A DNA stretch of 19,724 bases from Breznakia sp. PF5-3 (GTDB taxonomy: Bacteria; Bacillota_I; Bacilli_A; Erysipelotrichales; Erysipelotrichaceae): the NCBI RefSeq assembly GCF_029504745.1, contig NZ_JAQFIQ010000042.1:1-19724 (forward strand), in the 5' to 3' direction. The first letter of the stretch is position 1. The number at the start of each line of letters is the position of its first letter. Both the position numbers and the translations under genes were made by a program. Below, piece by piece: positions 1-7,211 of this stretch. The notes under the pieces are model-generated. The model did no database searches. It had not been told where the DNA came from and saw nothing but the letters and a program-made list of their open reading frames with translations.

Positions 1-91
1 GTTAAAATATACTGAACCGCCGTATACGGAACCGTACGTACGGTGGTGTGAGAGGTCGGTAACTGAATTAATCAGTTACCTCCTACTCGAT
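1..91 (+). mobile_element. Group II intron (class C-like), 3' terminus with domain V and domain VI
   Basis: Positions 16-47 fold as a canonical domain V. The lower helix pairs ACCGCCGUA with UACGGUGGU (9 bp, one G-U). There is a 2-nt CG bulge, an upper helix UACGG/CCGUA and a small apical loop. The first helix carries CGC where other classes have AGC, which is a class C trait. The stretch GAACCGCCGUAUAC..GUACGUACGGUGGUGUG is nearly identical to my memory of the Oceanobacillus iheyensis IIC intron domain V. Positions 49-89 fold as domain VI: stem 58-66/72-80 and outer pairs 50-55/82-88, with a bulged A at 85 as candidate branch point. An AU at 90-91 fits the 3' AY rule. The exact 3' boundary is uncertain by a few nt. 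Confidence 0.8.
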
Positions 92-142
92 TGATAATTG
101 CTTATGTGGAGAATATGTTATACTTATAAATGAGGTAACATC

Positions 143-979
143 ATGAAGCAAAAAGAGAAATACCAAGAAGATATAGAGACAATTTTATCACATCGATATG
201 ATCAAGGTTTTGATTACTTTACTACACCAGATAAACGTTTAATAAAAGGTGCTCCTTTCTCGGCAATGGAAAGTGCTTTATTTTTATTAGAGATAGGAAT
301 GGACCCTTCAAATGAAGTATTGACAGGGATAACTAATCTTTTCTTTGAGGCGTGGAAAGAAAATGGGCAATTCAAATTATATCCCAAAGGTGGTATTTAT
401 CCTTGTCAGACAATTCTTGCAGTAAATACACTTTGTTATTTAGGGTATGTCGATGATGATCGAGTAAAGCAAACCTTTGAGCATCTATTATCTATTCAAT
501 ATGAAGATGGAGGTTGGAGATGCAATAAATTTTATTTTGGTAGAGGACCTGAAACAGAATGTTCAAATCCATTTCCAACGTTAATTGCTTTAGATAGCTT
601 TCGCTTTCAAGAAGGGTTTAATAATCTTCAAGTACTTGATAAAGCAGTGGATTTTTTATTGGCACATTGGACGATAAAGAAACCCCTTGGTCCATGTCAT
701 TATGGAATGGGAAAACGCTTTATGCAGGTGGAATATCCATTTCGTAATTATAATATCTTTTTGTATGTCTATATTTTATCGTTTTATGATCGAGCAAAAC
801 AAGATTCAAGATTTTTAGAGGCTCTTACATACTTAGAATCTACTCTTCAAGATGGAAAAATTGTTGTAGAGAGAGTAGTCCCAAAACTTGCGAAAATGAA
901 TTTTTGTAAGAAGGGAGAGCCAAGCGAATTGGCAACAAAACGGTATCAAGAAATTTTAGATAATTTAAAAAAAGGATAA
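143..979 (+). CDS. Prenyltransferase/terpene-cyclase-like alpha/alpha-toroid repeat protein (278 aa), function unknown
   Basis: A GAGGT ribosome-binding site lies 6 nt upstream of the ATG. It has a QW-like motif, SIQYEDGGW, and repeated amphipathic helix pairs typical of prenyltransferase/squalene-oxidase repeats. The family call is from motif recognition only. Confidence 0.45.
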   Translation: MKQKEKYQEDIETILSHRYDQGFDYFTTPDKRLIKGAPFSAMESALFLLEIGMDPSNEVLTGITNLFFEAWKENGQFKLYPKGGIYPCQTILAVNTLCYLGYVDDDRVKQTFEHLLSIQYEDGGWRCNKFYFGRGPETECSNPFPTLIALDSFRFQEGFNNLQVLDKAVDFLLAHWTIKKPLGPCHYGMGKRFMQVEYPFRNYNIFLYVYILSFYDRAKQDSRFLEALTYLESTLQDGKIVVERVVPKLAKMNFCKKGEPSELATKRYQEILDNLKKG

Positions 980-991
980 TATCCTTTTTTT
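967..991 (+). terminator. Weak rho-independent terminator overlapping the stop codon of the 143..979 CDS
   Basis: AAAAAAAGGAT-aat-ATCCTTTTTTT. The stem has only two G-C pairs and is extended by A-T pairs, then a T-run follows. Confidence 0.4.
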
Positions 992-1139
992 ATGTCATTG
1001 GAAGATACATTGGTAACAATATTACCCTTTTTATAAATAAATAAGGTAATATTGAGTCGTAATCATAGTGATTGAATAGAAGAAGGATTTGTTTGAGGGC
1101 ACAAATTATAGAGAGGATTAATGCTAAAGGAGAATAACA

Positions 1140-1583
1140 ATGAAATCAAAATCACTACAGGAAGGTCAAACGATGCTATCAATTTGGAATGAAGATGATG
1201 AAATCATGGTTGTAACAGAAAATTCTATTGTTGATGGAGATATAAATACTTCAGAAAATTTACATGTAAAAGGAAAAGTGGAAGGGAATATTATTTCAAA
1301 GGAAAACGTGAAGATAAGCGAATTCTCGATTGTAAAAGGAAATGTCAGTGCTTCTATCATCCATTTGCATGAAGGGAATATTTTGGGAGATGTAAATGCA
1401 CGATCAGAAATTTATATAGGGGAAGATGGTCATGTAAAAGGGGATGTAAATGCTGATTTGATTATTGTGAATGGCACCATTGAAGGAAATATGAATGGTG
1501 TAAAAGCAATTTTTGAAAAAGGTGCTATTGTTCATGGGGATATCAATGTAGAAATTGTGGAGCGTGCGAGTAGCAGAAATTAA
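1140..1583 (+). CDS. Bactofilin (polymer-forming cytoskeletal protein, DUF583 family)
   Basis: AAGGAG lies 8 nt upstream of the ATG. The protein has repetitive beta-helix-type segments (V.G.V.G.I, for example HVKGKVEGNI, IVKGNVSASI, ILGDVNA, HVKGDVNADL, VNGTIEGNM, VHGDINVE), which are characteristic of bactofilins. Confidence 0.8.
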   Translation: MKSKSLQEGQTMLSIWNEDDEIMVVTENSIVDGDINTSENLHVKGKVEGNIISKENVKISEFSIVKGNVSASIIHLHEGNILGDVNARSEIYIGEDGHVKGDVNADLIIVNGTIEGNMNGVKAIFEKGAIVHGDINVEIVERASSRN

Positions 1584-1716
1584 CTGGTATGACAGATGGA
1601 AAAGTGTAGTATACTAATTTTTTTTGTATTATAAATGATATTTATCTAGATTGTGTAAAGAAAGACAAGACGAACATATAACTTTTTGCTATACTGAAAG
1701 TATAGAGGTAAGTACA

Positions 1717-2076
1717 ATGAGTGAAATACATACAATTGATGAATATATTGCACAATTCCCAAAATCACATCAAAAGCAAATGAAAGAGTTAAGAATGATT
1801 ATAAAGCAGAATGCTCCAGAAGCTAGTGAAAAAATAAGTTGGGGAATGGCAACCTTTGTATTGCATAAAAATTTAATGCATTTTGCTGCCAATAAAAACC
1901 ATATTGGGTTTTATCCTACACCAAGTGGGGTAGCACATTTTTTAGATGAACTTAAAGATTACAAGACAACGAAGGGTGGGATTCAATTTCCAATTGATAG
2001 ACCATTACCTAAAGTTTTGATTGCAAAAATTGTTAAGTATCGAGTAGAAGAGAATAAAACATTACAAAAGAAATAA
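1717..2076 (+). CDS. DUF1801 (YdhG-like) domain protein
   Basis: I chose the ATG at 1717 (MSEIHTIDEYI...), which has an AGAGGT ribosome-binding site, over the upstream TTG at 1651. The motifs IDEYIAQFP, ISWGMATF and HIGFYP match the DUF1801 pattern. Confidence 0.7.
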   Translation: MSEIHTIDEYIAQFPKSHQKQMKELRMIIKQNAPEASEKISWGMATFVLHKNLMHFAANKNHIGFYPTPSGVAHFLDELKDYKTTKGGIQFPIDRPLPKVLIAKIVKYRVEENKTLQKK

Positions 2077-2115
2077 AAAATATAGCTAGTTTATAAGAGT
2101 TCATAATAATAAATA

Positions 2116-2144
2116 TGGACTTTTTTTAAAAATCTAGATATAAT
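2116..2144 (+). promoter_or_regulatory. Candidate sigma-A promoter for the glmS ribozyme-glmS transcript
   Basis: -35 TGGACT (2116-2121), 17-nt spacer, -10 TATAAT (2139-2144). It lies about 35 nt upstream of the ribozyme cleavage site. Confidence 0.45.
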
Positions 2145-2169
2145 CAAGAAAGTTATTATTGCAAATCGA

Positions 2170-2335
2170 TAGTAACGAGCGCCAGGACAGTTTAACTGTT
2201 GACGAGGACAGTAGTTATCGAAATATTCGGCGGGTACTACTGCGGTTGAGTGAATCGTTAGAAATAATACAAAGGACAAGATAATAGGTCTTAAAAATTA
2301 TTTCACCACCATGGAACCTTAAAAAGGTCTTTTTA
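2170..2335 (+). ncRNA. glmS ribozyme: glmS ribozyme (GlcN6P-activated self-cleaving riboswitch)
   Basis: The conserved core is readable. A|GCGCCAGG is at 2178|2179 and is the predicted cleavage site. The P1 hairpin is ACAGU-UUA-ACUGU. GUUGACGAGGA is present. CAGUAGU pairs with ACUACUG around AUCGAAAUAUUCGGCGG. It lies directly upstream of glmS. The 3' boundary (P4 region) is approximate. Confidence 0.9.
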
Positions 2336-2353
2336 TAGTGGAGGTAAAATTAA

Positions 2354-4171
2354 ATGTGTGGAATTGTAGGCTATGTAGGATCGAAGAAGATCTCAAATAG
2401 TGTTTTAATTGATGGCTTAAAGTCATTAGAGTATCGTGGATATGATTCAGCGGGAGTATCAATATTAGTAGAAGACAAAATAAAAATAGTGAAAACACGC
2501 GGGAAGGTTGCTGTATTGGAAGATAAACTTCAACAATATCAAATTCCATCATCAACGTTAGGTATTGCGCATACGCGATGGGCAACACATGGTGCCCCAA
2601 GTAAGAGTAATGCACACCCACATCATCATGGAAGTGTTACGTTGGTACATAATGGAATTATTGAAAATTATGATGTTATAAAAAAGGAGTTAGAAGTAAA
2701 AGGCTATGTTTTTGATTCTGAAACAGATAGTGAAATTGCAGCAGCGTATATTGATTATGCATATCAAAAAACGTTTGATAAAGTAGCAACCCTTATTTTA
2801 GCAAACAATAAATTTAAAGGTTCTTTTGCTTTTGGCATTTTATTTGATGATGATTTTGATACTCTTTATGCAATGCGTAGAAATTCACCTTTGATCATTG
2901 CAGTGGGGAAAGATGGGAATTATATTGCTAGTGATGTGCCAGCAATATTGAAGTATACTAAAAAGTATATCTTGTTAGGACAGGATGAAATTGCTGTCCT
3001 TCGTAAAGATGATTATAAATTTTATAATTTGCAAGCTAAAGAGGTTTGTCATGAAGTGTTAGAAGCAACGATGGATGTAGCAGATATTCAAAAAGATGGG
3101 TATGAGCATTTTATGTTGAAAGAAATTCATGAAGAGCCAAGAGCAGTAAAAGATACGATGGCAGCATATCTTCAAGATGATATTCAAGAATTGATACAGA
3201 GAATGCCTGATTTATCAAAATACAAAGAAATCCATATCGTGTCTTGTGGAAGTGCAATGTATGCAGGAATGATTGCAAAAACGTTGATTGAAAGTAAAGC
3301 TAGGGTGAGAGTAAATGTTGAAATTGCTAGCGAATATCGTTATAAAAATCCAATATTAGATGATGGTGTACTTGTTTTATTGGTCTCACAAAGTGGTGAA
3401 ACAGCAGACACACTAGCTGCTTTGTTATTAGCAAAGGAACAAGGAATTGACACTTTTGCAATTGTGAATGTAGTAGGTAGTAGTATTGCAAGAGAAGCGA
3501 AATATGTTGCCTATACAAAAGCAGGGCCAGAAATTGCAGTTGCTACAACAAAGGCATATTGTACACAAGTAGCATTATTATCGTTAGTTGTATTAAACCT
3601 TAGTTATATTCATAAGCAAATAGATGAAGAAGAGGTAGCAAAGATTATAAAGGAGATCCACGAGTTACCATCTATTTTAGAATCGTTATTAAATGATTGT
3701 CAATATATACAAGCAGGAAAGATTATATCACGCTATGCGAATGTATTCTTCTTGGGTAGAGGGGTAGATTATGCAATTTCAATGGAAGGATCGTTGAAAT
3801 TAAAGGAAATATCCTATATTCATAGCGAAGCATATGCAGCAGGAGAATTAAAGCATGGGACAATATCTTTGATTGAAAAAGGAACACCTGTAATTGCAAT
3901 ATGTACAGATGAATCTTTATATGAAAAAATGATTAGTAATATCAAAGAAGTGAAAGCGCGTGGAGCAAATGTAATACTGTTTGTTCGTGAAGATTTGAAA
4001 GTAAGTAAAGATTATTATGATTATCGAATTACGATTCCTAAGGTGGATACGTTGTTACAAGGAATCGTTACGGTTGTACCATTACAATTACTTGCTTATC
4101 AGGTTGCTAATTTAAGAGGGTGTGAGATTGATCAGCCAAGAAATTTAGCGAAATCAGTAACTGTCGAATAA
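2354..4171 (+). CDS. glmS: Glutamine--fructose-6-phosphate aminotransferase (isomerizing)
   Basis: The N-terminus is MCGIVGY, with the Cys nucleophile after Met removal. It has the Ntn amidotransferase domain, two SIS domains (VSQSGETADT, GELKHG) and the C-terminal KSVTVE. Length is 605 aa and it is preceded by the glmS ribozyme. Confidence 0.97.
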   Translation: MCGIVGYVGSKKISNSVLIDGLKSLEYRGYDSAGVSILVEDKIKIVKTRGKVAVLEDKLQQYQIPSSTLGIAHTRWATHGAPSKSNAHPHHHGSVTLVHNGIIENYDVIKKELEVKGYVFDSETDSEIAAAYIDYAYQKTFDKVATLILANNKFKGSFAFGILFDDDFDTLYAMRRNSPLIIAVGKDGNYIASDVPAILKYTKKYILLGQDEIAVLRKDDYKFYNLQAKEVCHEVLEATMDVADIQKDGYEHFMLKEIHEEPRAVKDTMAAYLQDDIQELIQRMPDLSKYKEIHIVSCGSAMYAGMIAKTLIESKARVRVNVEIASEYRYKNPILDDGVLVLLVSQSGETADTLAALLLAKEQGIDTFAIVNVVGSSIAREAKYVAYTKAGPEIAVATTKAYCTQVALLSLVVLNLSYIHKQIDEEEVAKIIKEIHELPSILESLLNDCQYIQAGKIISRYANVFFLGRGVDYAISMEGSLKLKEISYIHSEAYAAGELKHGTISLIEKGTPVIAICTDESLYEKMISNIKEVKARGANVILFVREDLKVSKDYYDYRITIPKVDTLLQGIVTVVPLQLLAYQVANLRGCEIDQPRNLAKSVTVE

Positions 4172-4184
4172 TGTAAATCAAATG

Positions 4185-4240
4185 AAAAACGACTATTATG
4201 GATAATGTTACATTATCAATTTAGTCGTTTTTATTTTTTC
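4185..4240. terminator. Bidirectional rho-independent terminator between convergent genes
   Basis: The outer stem pairs AAAAACGACTA (4185-4195) with TAGTCGTTTTT (4222-4232). It encloses an inner hairpin GATAATG-tta-CATTATC (4201-4217). An A-run lies upstream and a T-run downstream, so either strand reads hairpin plus U-tract. It sits between the glmS stop (4171) and the stop of the minus-strand gene (4259). Confidence 0.7.
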
Positions 4241-4258
4241 TATTATGAAGGTTATTTT

Positions 4259-4813
4259 TTAAACATTAACATAATTGAGTTTTACCGTTTCTACAAGATC
4301 TCTTATTTCACCAGAATATATATAATTTAATTCTTGAAAGTTTAAATAATCACTAGGTCTAATTAAAGATGGATCCTTAGTTAAGGATATGGCTTCACTT
4401 TGAATTAAAACTTCACTTACAAACTCTGAACAAAAATAATGGTGTTGTCTTTTTAAAGGGATGTTAAGTTTGCATAACAATAGGCCAATCACATTGAATT
4501 TGTATATATCAGCATGATCCATCATTTGTAATACCATGAGTTGTGCTTTTTCATATACTTCATCTTCTACATCTAATTTATATAGAGCACAAGGAATAAA
4601 GTCATTTTCTTTAAAGTATCCTTGTGATAATGGCTCAACTCTTAATCCTGCTGGAAGCGGAAGATGGATATACTTTCTTGCAAAGCTATACATAGGTTGT
4701 AAAGACTCATGAAAAGAGATGGAAATATGGGTGTATTTATCTGCTGTAGCAAGTTGAATTGTCTTTGAAACATAGGTATTTGATTTTGTTAATAATATAT
4801 AGATTGATTTCAT
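4259..4813 (-). CDS. Putative permuted papain-like hydrolase (NlpC/P60 superfamily, YiiX/YaeF-like)
   Basis: AGGAGGGG ribosome-binding site upstream on the minus strand. A His-containing strand (YTHISISF) precedes a Cys motif (YFCSEFV). This order and spacing match the circularly permuted YiiX/YaeF family. Motif-level call only. Confidence 0.45.
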   Translation of the reverse strand: MKSIYILLTKSNTYVSKTIQLATADKYTHISISFHESLQPMYSFARKYIHLPLPAGLRVEPLSQGYFKENDFIPCALYKLDVEDEVYEKAQLMVLQMMDHADIYKFNVIGLLLCKLNIPLKRQHHYFCSEFVSEVLIQSEAISLTKDPSLIRPSDYLNFQELNYIYSGEIRDLVETVKLNYVNV

Positions 4814-4944
4814 CTTAAAAAACCCCTCCTAAATGGAATCATATTTTGTTTTTCTAGTAATTACTCATAGATATATTCTATCATAGTTACTTAAAAAAAG
4901 TTATTAAAATTGTGTTGTTGTATTAAATTTAAAATAATATATTA

Positions 4945-4974
4945 TTGACAATAATGTGTGTCGTACAGTATAAT
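4945..4974 (+). promoter_or_regulatory. Near-consensus sigma-A promoter upstream of the PadR regulator
   Basis: -35 TTGACA (4945-4950), 18-nt spacer, -10 TATAAT (4969-4974). This implies a very short 5' UTR before the GAGGTGG ribosome-binding site and the ATG at 4992. Confidence 0.5.
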
Positions 4975-4991
4975 GTGATTGAGGTGGTACA

Positions 4992-5327
4992 ATGACACAA
5001 CAAGAACAATTTCAAAACTATATTATTGAAATGCGTAGGGGAAGTCTGACAATGGCTGTTTTGGGGTGTTTATATAAGTCACATTATGGTTATGCATTGC
5101 TACAAACATTGCAAGAAAAAGGAATCGATATAGAGGCCAATACTTTATATCCACTTTTACGTAGGTTAGAAAGCCAAGGGCTATTAATAAGTAATTGGGA
5201 TACTAGTGAGAGTAGGCCAAGAAAATACTATTCTATTAGTGAAAAAGGAAAACAAGTATTTCATGAATTAGTATTGGAATGGAAAAAAATGCAAGCGAGT
5301 TTAGAATTGGTTTATAAGGAGATTTAA
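4992..5327 (+). CDS. PadR family transcriptional regulator
   Basis: 111 aa. It has the winged-helix signature GYALLQ...LYPLLRRLESQGLL...W....RPRKYYSISEKG, typical of PadR. Confidence 0.9.
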   Translation: MTQQEQFQNYIIEMRRGSLTMAVLGCLYKSHYGYALLQTLQEKGIDIEANTLYPLLRRLESQGLLISNWDTSESRPRKYYSISEKGKQVFHELVLEWKKMQASLELVYKEI

Positions 5328-5328
5328 A

Positions 5329-6363
5329 ATGGATAAGTTAATAAAAAGATATATTTACGATGTAATTCGTCGTTTACCAGAAAAAGAACAAGAAGAAGTA
5401 TCACAAGAATTAGAAGCTAATATTTATGATATGCTTTCTGAAAATGCAAGTGAAGAAGAGGTTAAAGAGGTATTATACGAACTTGGTTCACCAGCAGAGT
5501 TAGCAGAGAAGTATCGACATAGTCCCAAATATTTAATATCACCTGCCATTTATGAAGAATATATAAAAGTATTAAAGTGGGTATTACCAGTGGTAGGTAT
5601 TGTTTTTTTAGGGATAGGAGTAATTATTGGTGCTGTTGAATCGATTAGTGATGATGGTATGATTGCTATCAATTTATTTATAAAGAATCTCTTTACAAAG
5701 GGAATTTCAATGGGAATCTCTGCTACTTTACAAACGCTTGTATGGACGACAATTGGTTTTGTAATTGCAGAGCGTACAGGATACCGATCAAAATCAACAG
5801 GTGATTGGAAAATAGAAGATTTACCAGAACTAGAGAAAAATGCAAAACATCGTATTCCATTATCAGATATTATTGTAGAATTAGTACTTACTACAGTGTT
5901 TAGCATTCTTGCGATATTATTCTTTAGTGGGGCACTTCCTTTTGATACTCTGATTAAGATTGGAGATATGGAAACATCAAATATCTTCACCCAAGGATTC
6001 ATGTATGCTTGCATACCTGCAACCGCCATCTTATGGTTATTTAATACAATTCCATGTATCGTTAAATTAAAAGAGCGTAGATGGACATTGTCGGTATTTA
6101 TCACCTTACTTATTTCATATATTGTAAGTATCACTACTTTTTTGTTCGTTATAATGCAGCCGAAAATTTTCACTTCAGATTTCATTGTACTTGTTGCTAA
6201 ACAAGAATGGGCCAATACAGGTCTTCTTAATTTTTTGAAAAGTCCAATTCAAAATCCAGTGACAATTCTTGTTCTTATAATTATTATTTTGGTTGGGATT
6301 GGCGAGTGTGGAATGGCAGCATATCGAATGCTTAGAAATAGAGAACATAAGAACAAATTTTAG
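5329..6363 (+). CDS. PadR-associated membrane protein (DUF1700/HAAS-like N-terminal helical domain plus multi-pass transmembrane region)
   Basis: It starts 1 nt after the padR stop. The N-terminus reads IKRYIYDVIRRLPEKEQEEVSQELEANIYDML...GSPAELAEKY, the pattern seen in membrane partners encoded beside PadR genes. Several hydrophobic segments follow. Confidence 0.65.
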   Translation: MDKLIKRYIYDVIRRLPEKEQEEVSQELEANIYDMLSENASEEEVKEVLYELGSPAELAEKYRHSPKYLISPAIYEEYIKVLKWVLPVVGIVFLGIGVIIGAVESISDDGMIAINLFIKNLFTKGISMGISATLQTLVWTTIGFVIAERTGYRSKSTGDWKIEDLPELEKNAKHRIPLSDIIVELVLTTVFSILAILFFSGALPFDTLIKIGDMETSNIFTQGFMYACIPATAILWLFNTIPCIVKLKERRWTLSVFITLLISYIVSITTFLFVIMQPKIFTSDFIVLVAKQEWANTGLLNFLKSPIQNPVTILVLIIIILVGIGECGMAAYRMLRNREHKNKF

Positions 6364-6371
6364 ATTGTTTC

Positions 6372-6410
6372 AAAAATGCCTGTTTAAAATAAAACAAGCA
6401 TTTTTATTTT
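6372..6410 (+). terminator. Rho-independent terminator after the PadR operon
   Basis: AAAAATGCCTGTTT (6372-6385) pairs with AAACAAGCATTTTT (6392-6405) with one C/A mismatch. A T-rich tail follows. Confidence 0.5.
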
Positions 6411-6459
6411 CTTCATAAAATCGATGTGTTTTGTAGTAAAATAGATACAGAGGTATGTT

Positions 6460-7167
6460 ATGGAATATAAGTTGAAAGTTTTTTTTGGATCTATTATCTG
6501 TGTATTGCTCATTTATGTAATACTGTTTTTTAGTATTGAAATGAATGCATTTTCCAAAAATTTTTATAAACATACCAACAGTGATTTGAAGATTAGTGAA
6601 TCCATAAATCTCAGTAAAACAGATTATAATAAAAGTATAGCAACATTGCTTGATTATTTGCATGGAGATCGTGATGATATTGATGTTGAAGTGATTTATA
6701 AAGGGGATGTCCAAGAGGCTTTTAATGAAAAAGAGGCAACTCATATGGTGGATGTCAGAAATCTGTATTTAGATGCTCGTACTATATGCTTCGCATCAAT
6801 TATGGTTATTATCATATTAGGTGTAATTCTTTACTATGATCGAAAAAGTGAATTTTTAGAGGTTATGAGTGCAAGTTTTATTAGAGTGTCTTTCATTTTC
6901 GTATTTTTATTGGCTTTTTTACTTTTGTATGCGTGTATTGATTTTACTGATTTTTGGACACGGTTTCACAAGTTGTTTTTCACAAATGATTTATGGTTAT
7001 TAAATCCTAGAACAGATTTGATGATTCGTTTATTACCACAAGATCTATTCTTTTCTTTGGTAATTCGAATTGTAGCTCTGTTTACAGGGATATATATGAT
7101 ATTTTTAGGATTTAGTATTTGGTATACTAAGAAGCGAAAAAAACTTTTTGAAGTATTGTTTTCATAA
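6460..7167 (+). CDS. TIGR01906/DUF1461 family integral membrane protein (Lit-like lipoprotein intramolecular transacylase family)
   Basis: AGAGG ribosome-binding site. It has an N-terminal transmembrane segment, then an extracytoplasmic segment with EATHMVDVRNL, then transmembrane helices and FHKLFFTNDLWLLNPRTDLMIRLLPQDLF. These match the family pattern as I remember it. Confidence 0.6.
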   Translation: MEYKLKVFFGSIICVLLIYVILFFSIEMNAFSKNFYKHTNSDLKISESINLSKTDYNKSIATLLDYLHGDRDDIDVEVIYKGDVQEAFNEKEATHMVDVRNLYLDARTICFASIMVIIILGVILYYDRKSEFLEVMSASFIRVSFIFVFLLAFLLLYACIDFTDFWTRFHKLFFTNDLWLLNPRTDLMIRLLPQDLFFSLVIRIVALFTGIYMIFLGFSIWYTKKRKKLFEVLFS

Positions 7168-7211
7168 GAAAAGAAGCGTATTATATATAAAATAAATAAG
7201 GGGGAATCTAT

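Noticed and set aside
1651-1716. N-terminal extensions in the ORF track: TTG 1651, ATG 8225, GTG 13464 and ATG 18306.
   Set aside because: In each case a downstream ATG with a better-placed ribosome-binding site gives the canonical family N-terminus (MSEIHT..., MRKIILASNSPRR, MKKVICVVEDE, MIKAVIFDMDG). The extensions overlap upstream genes or promoters.
2091-2621. Two minus-strand ORFs (62 aa and 100 aa) over the glmS leader and 5' end.
   Set aside because: The region is explained by the glmS ribozyme and the glmS N-terminal domain. The ORFs have no supporting signals.
4951-4976. A possible PadR operator (ATGT-N8-ACAT type) within the padR promoter.
   Set aside because: Only short TGT/ACA half-site fragments are present (TGTcgtACA, ACAgtataaTGT), with no clean palindrome of the expected spacing. 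That is not enough to call an operator.
5550-6215. A 221-aa antisense ORF inside the PadR-associated membrane protein gene. It is unusually long for AT-rich DNA.
   Set aside because: It is fully nested antisense to a gene with a coherent domain architecture. It has no ribosome-binding site or promoter that I can see. Its composition is low-complexity (Ser/Ile/Thr/Asn-rich) with no recognisable motif. It is most likely a codon-bias artefact of the opposite frame.
6370-6744. A 124-aa minus-strand ORF overlapping the terminator and the DUF1461 gene.
   Set aside because: It overlaps a + strand gene that has family motifs and a ribosome-binding site. The peptide has no recognisable features.
7168-7211. 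A possible T-box or attenuator leader upstream of ilvE.
   Set aside because: The gap is only 44 nt and contains just a ribosome-binding site, which is too short for a T-box or leader peptide.
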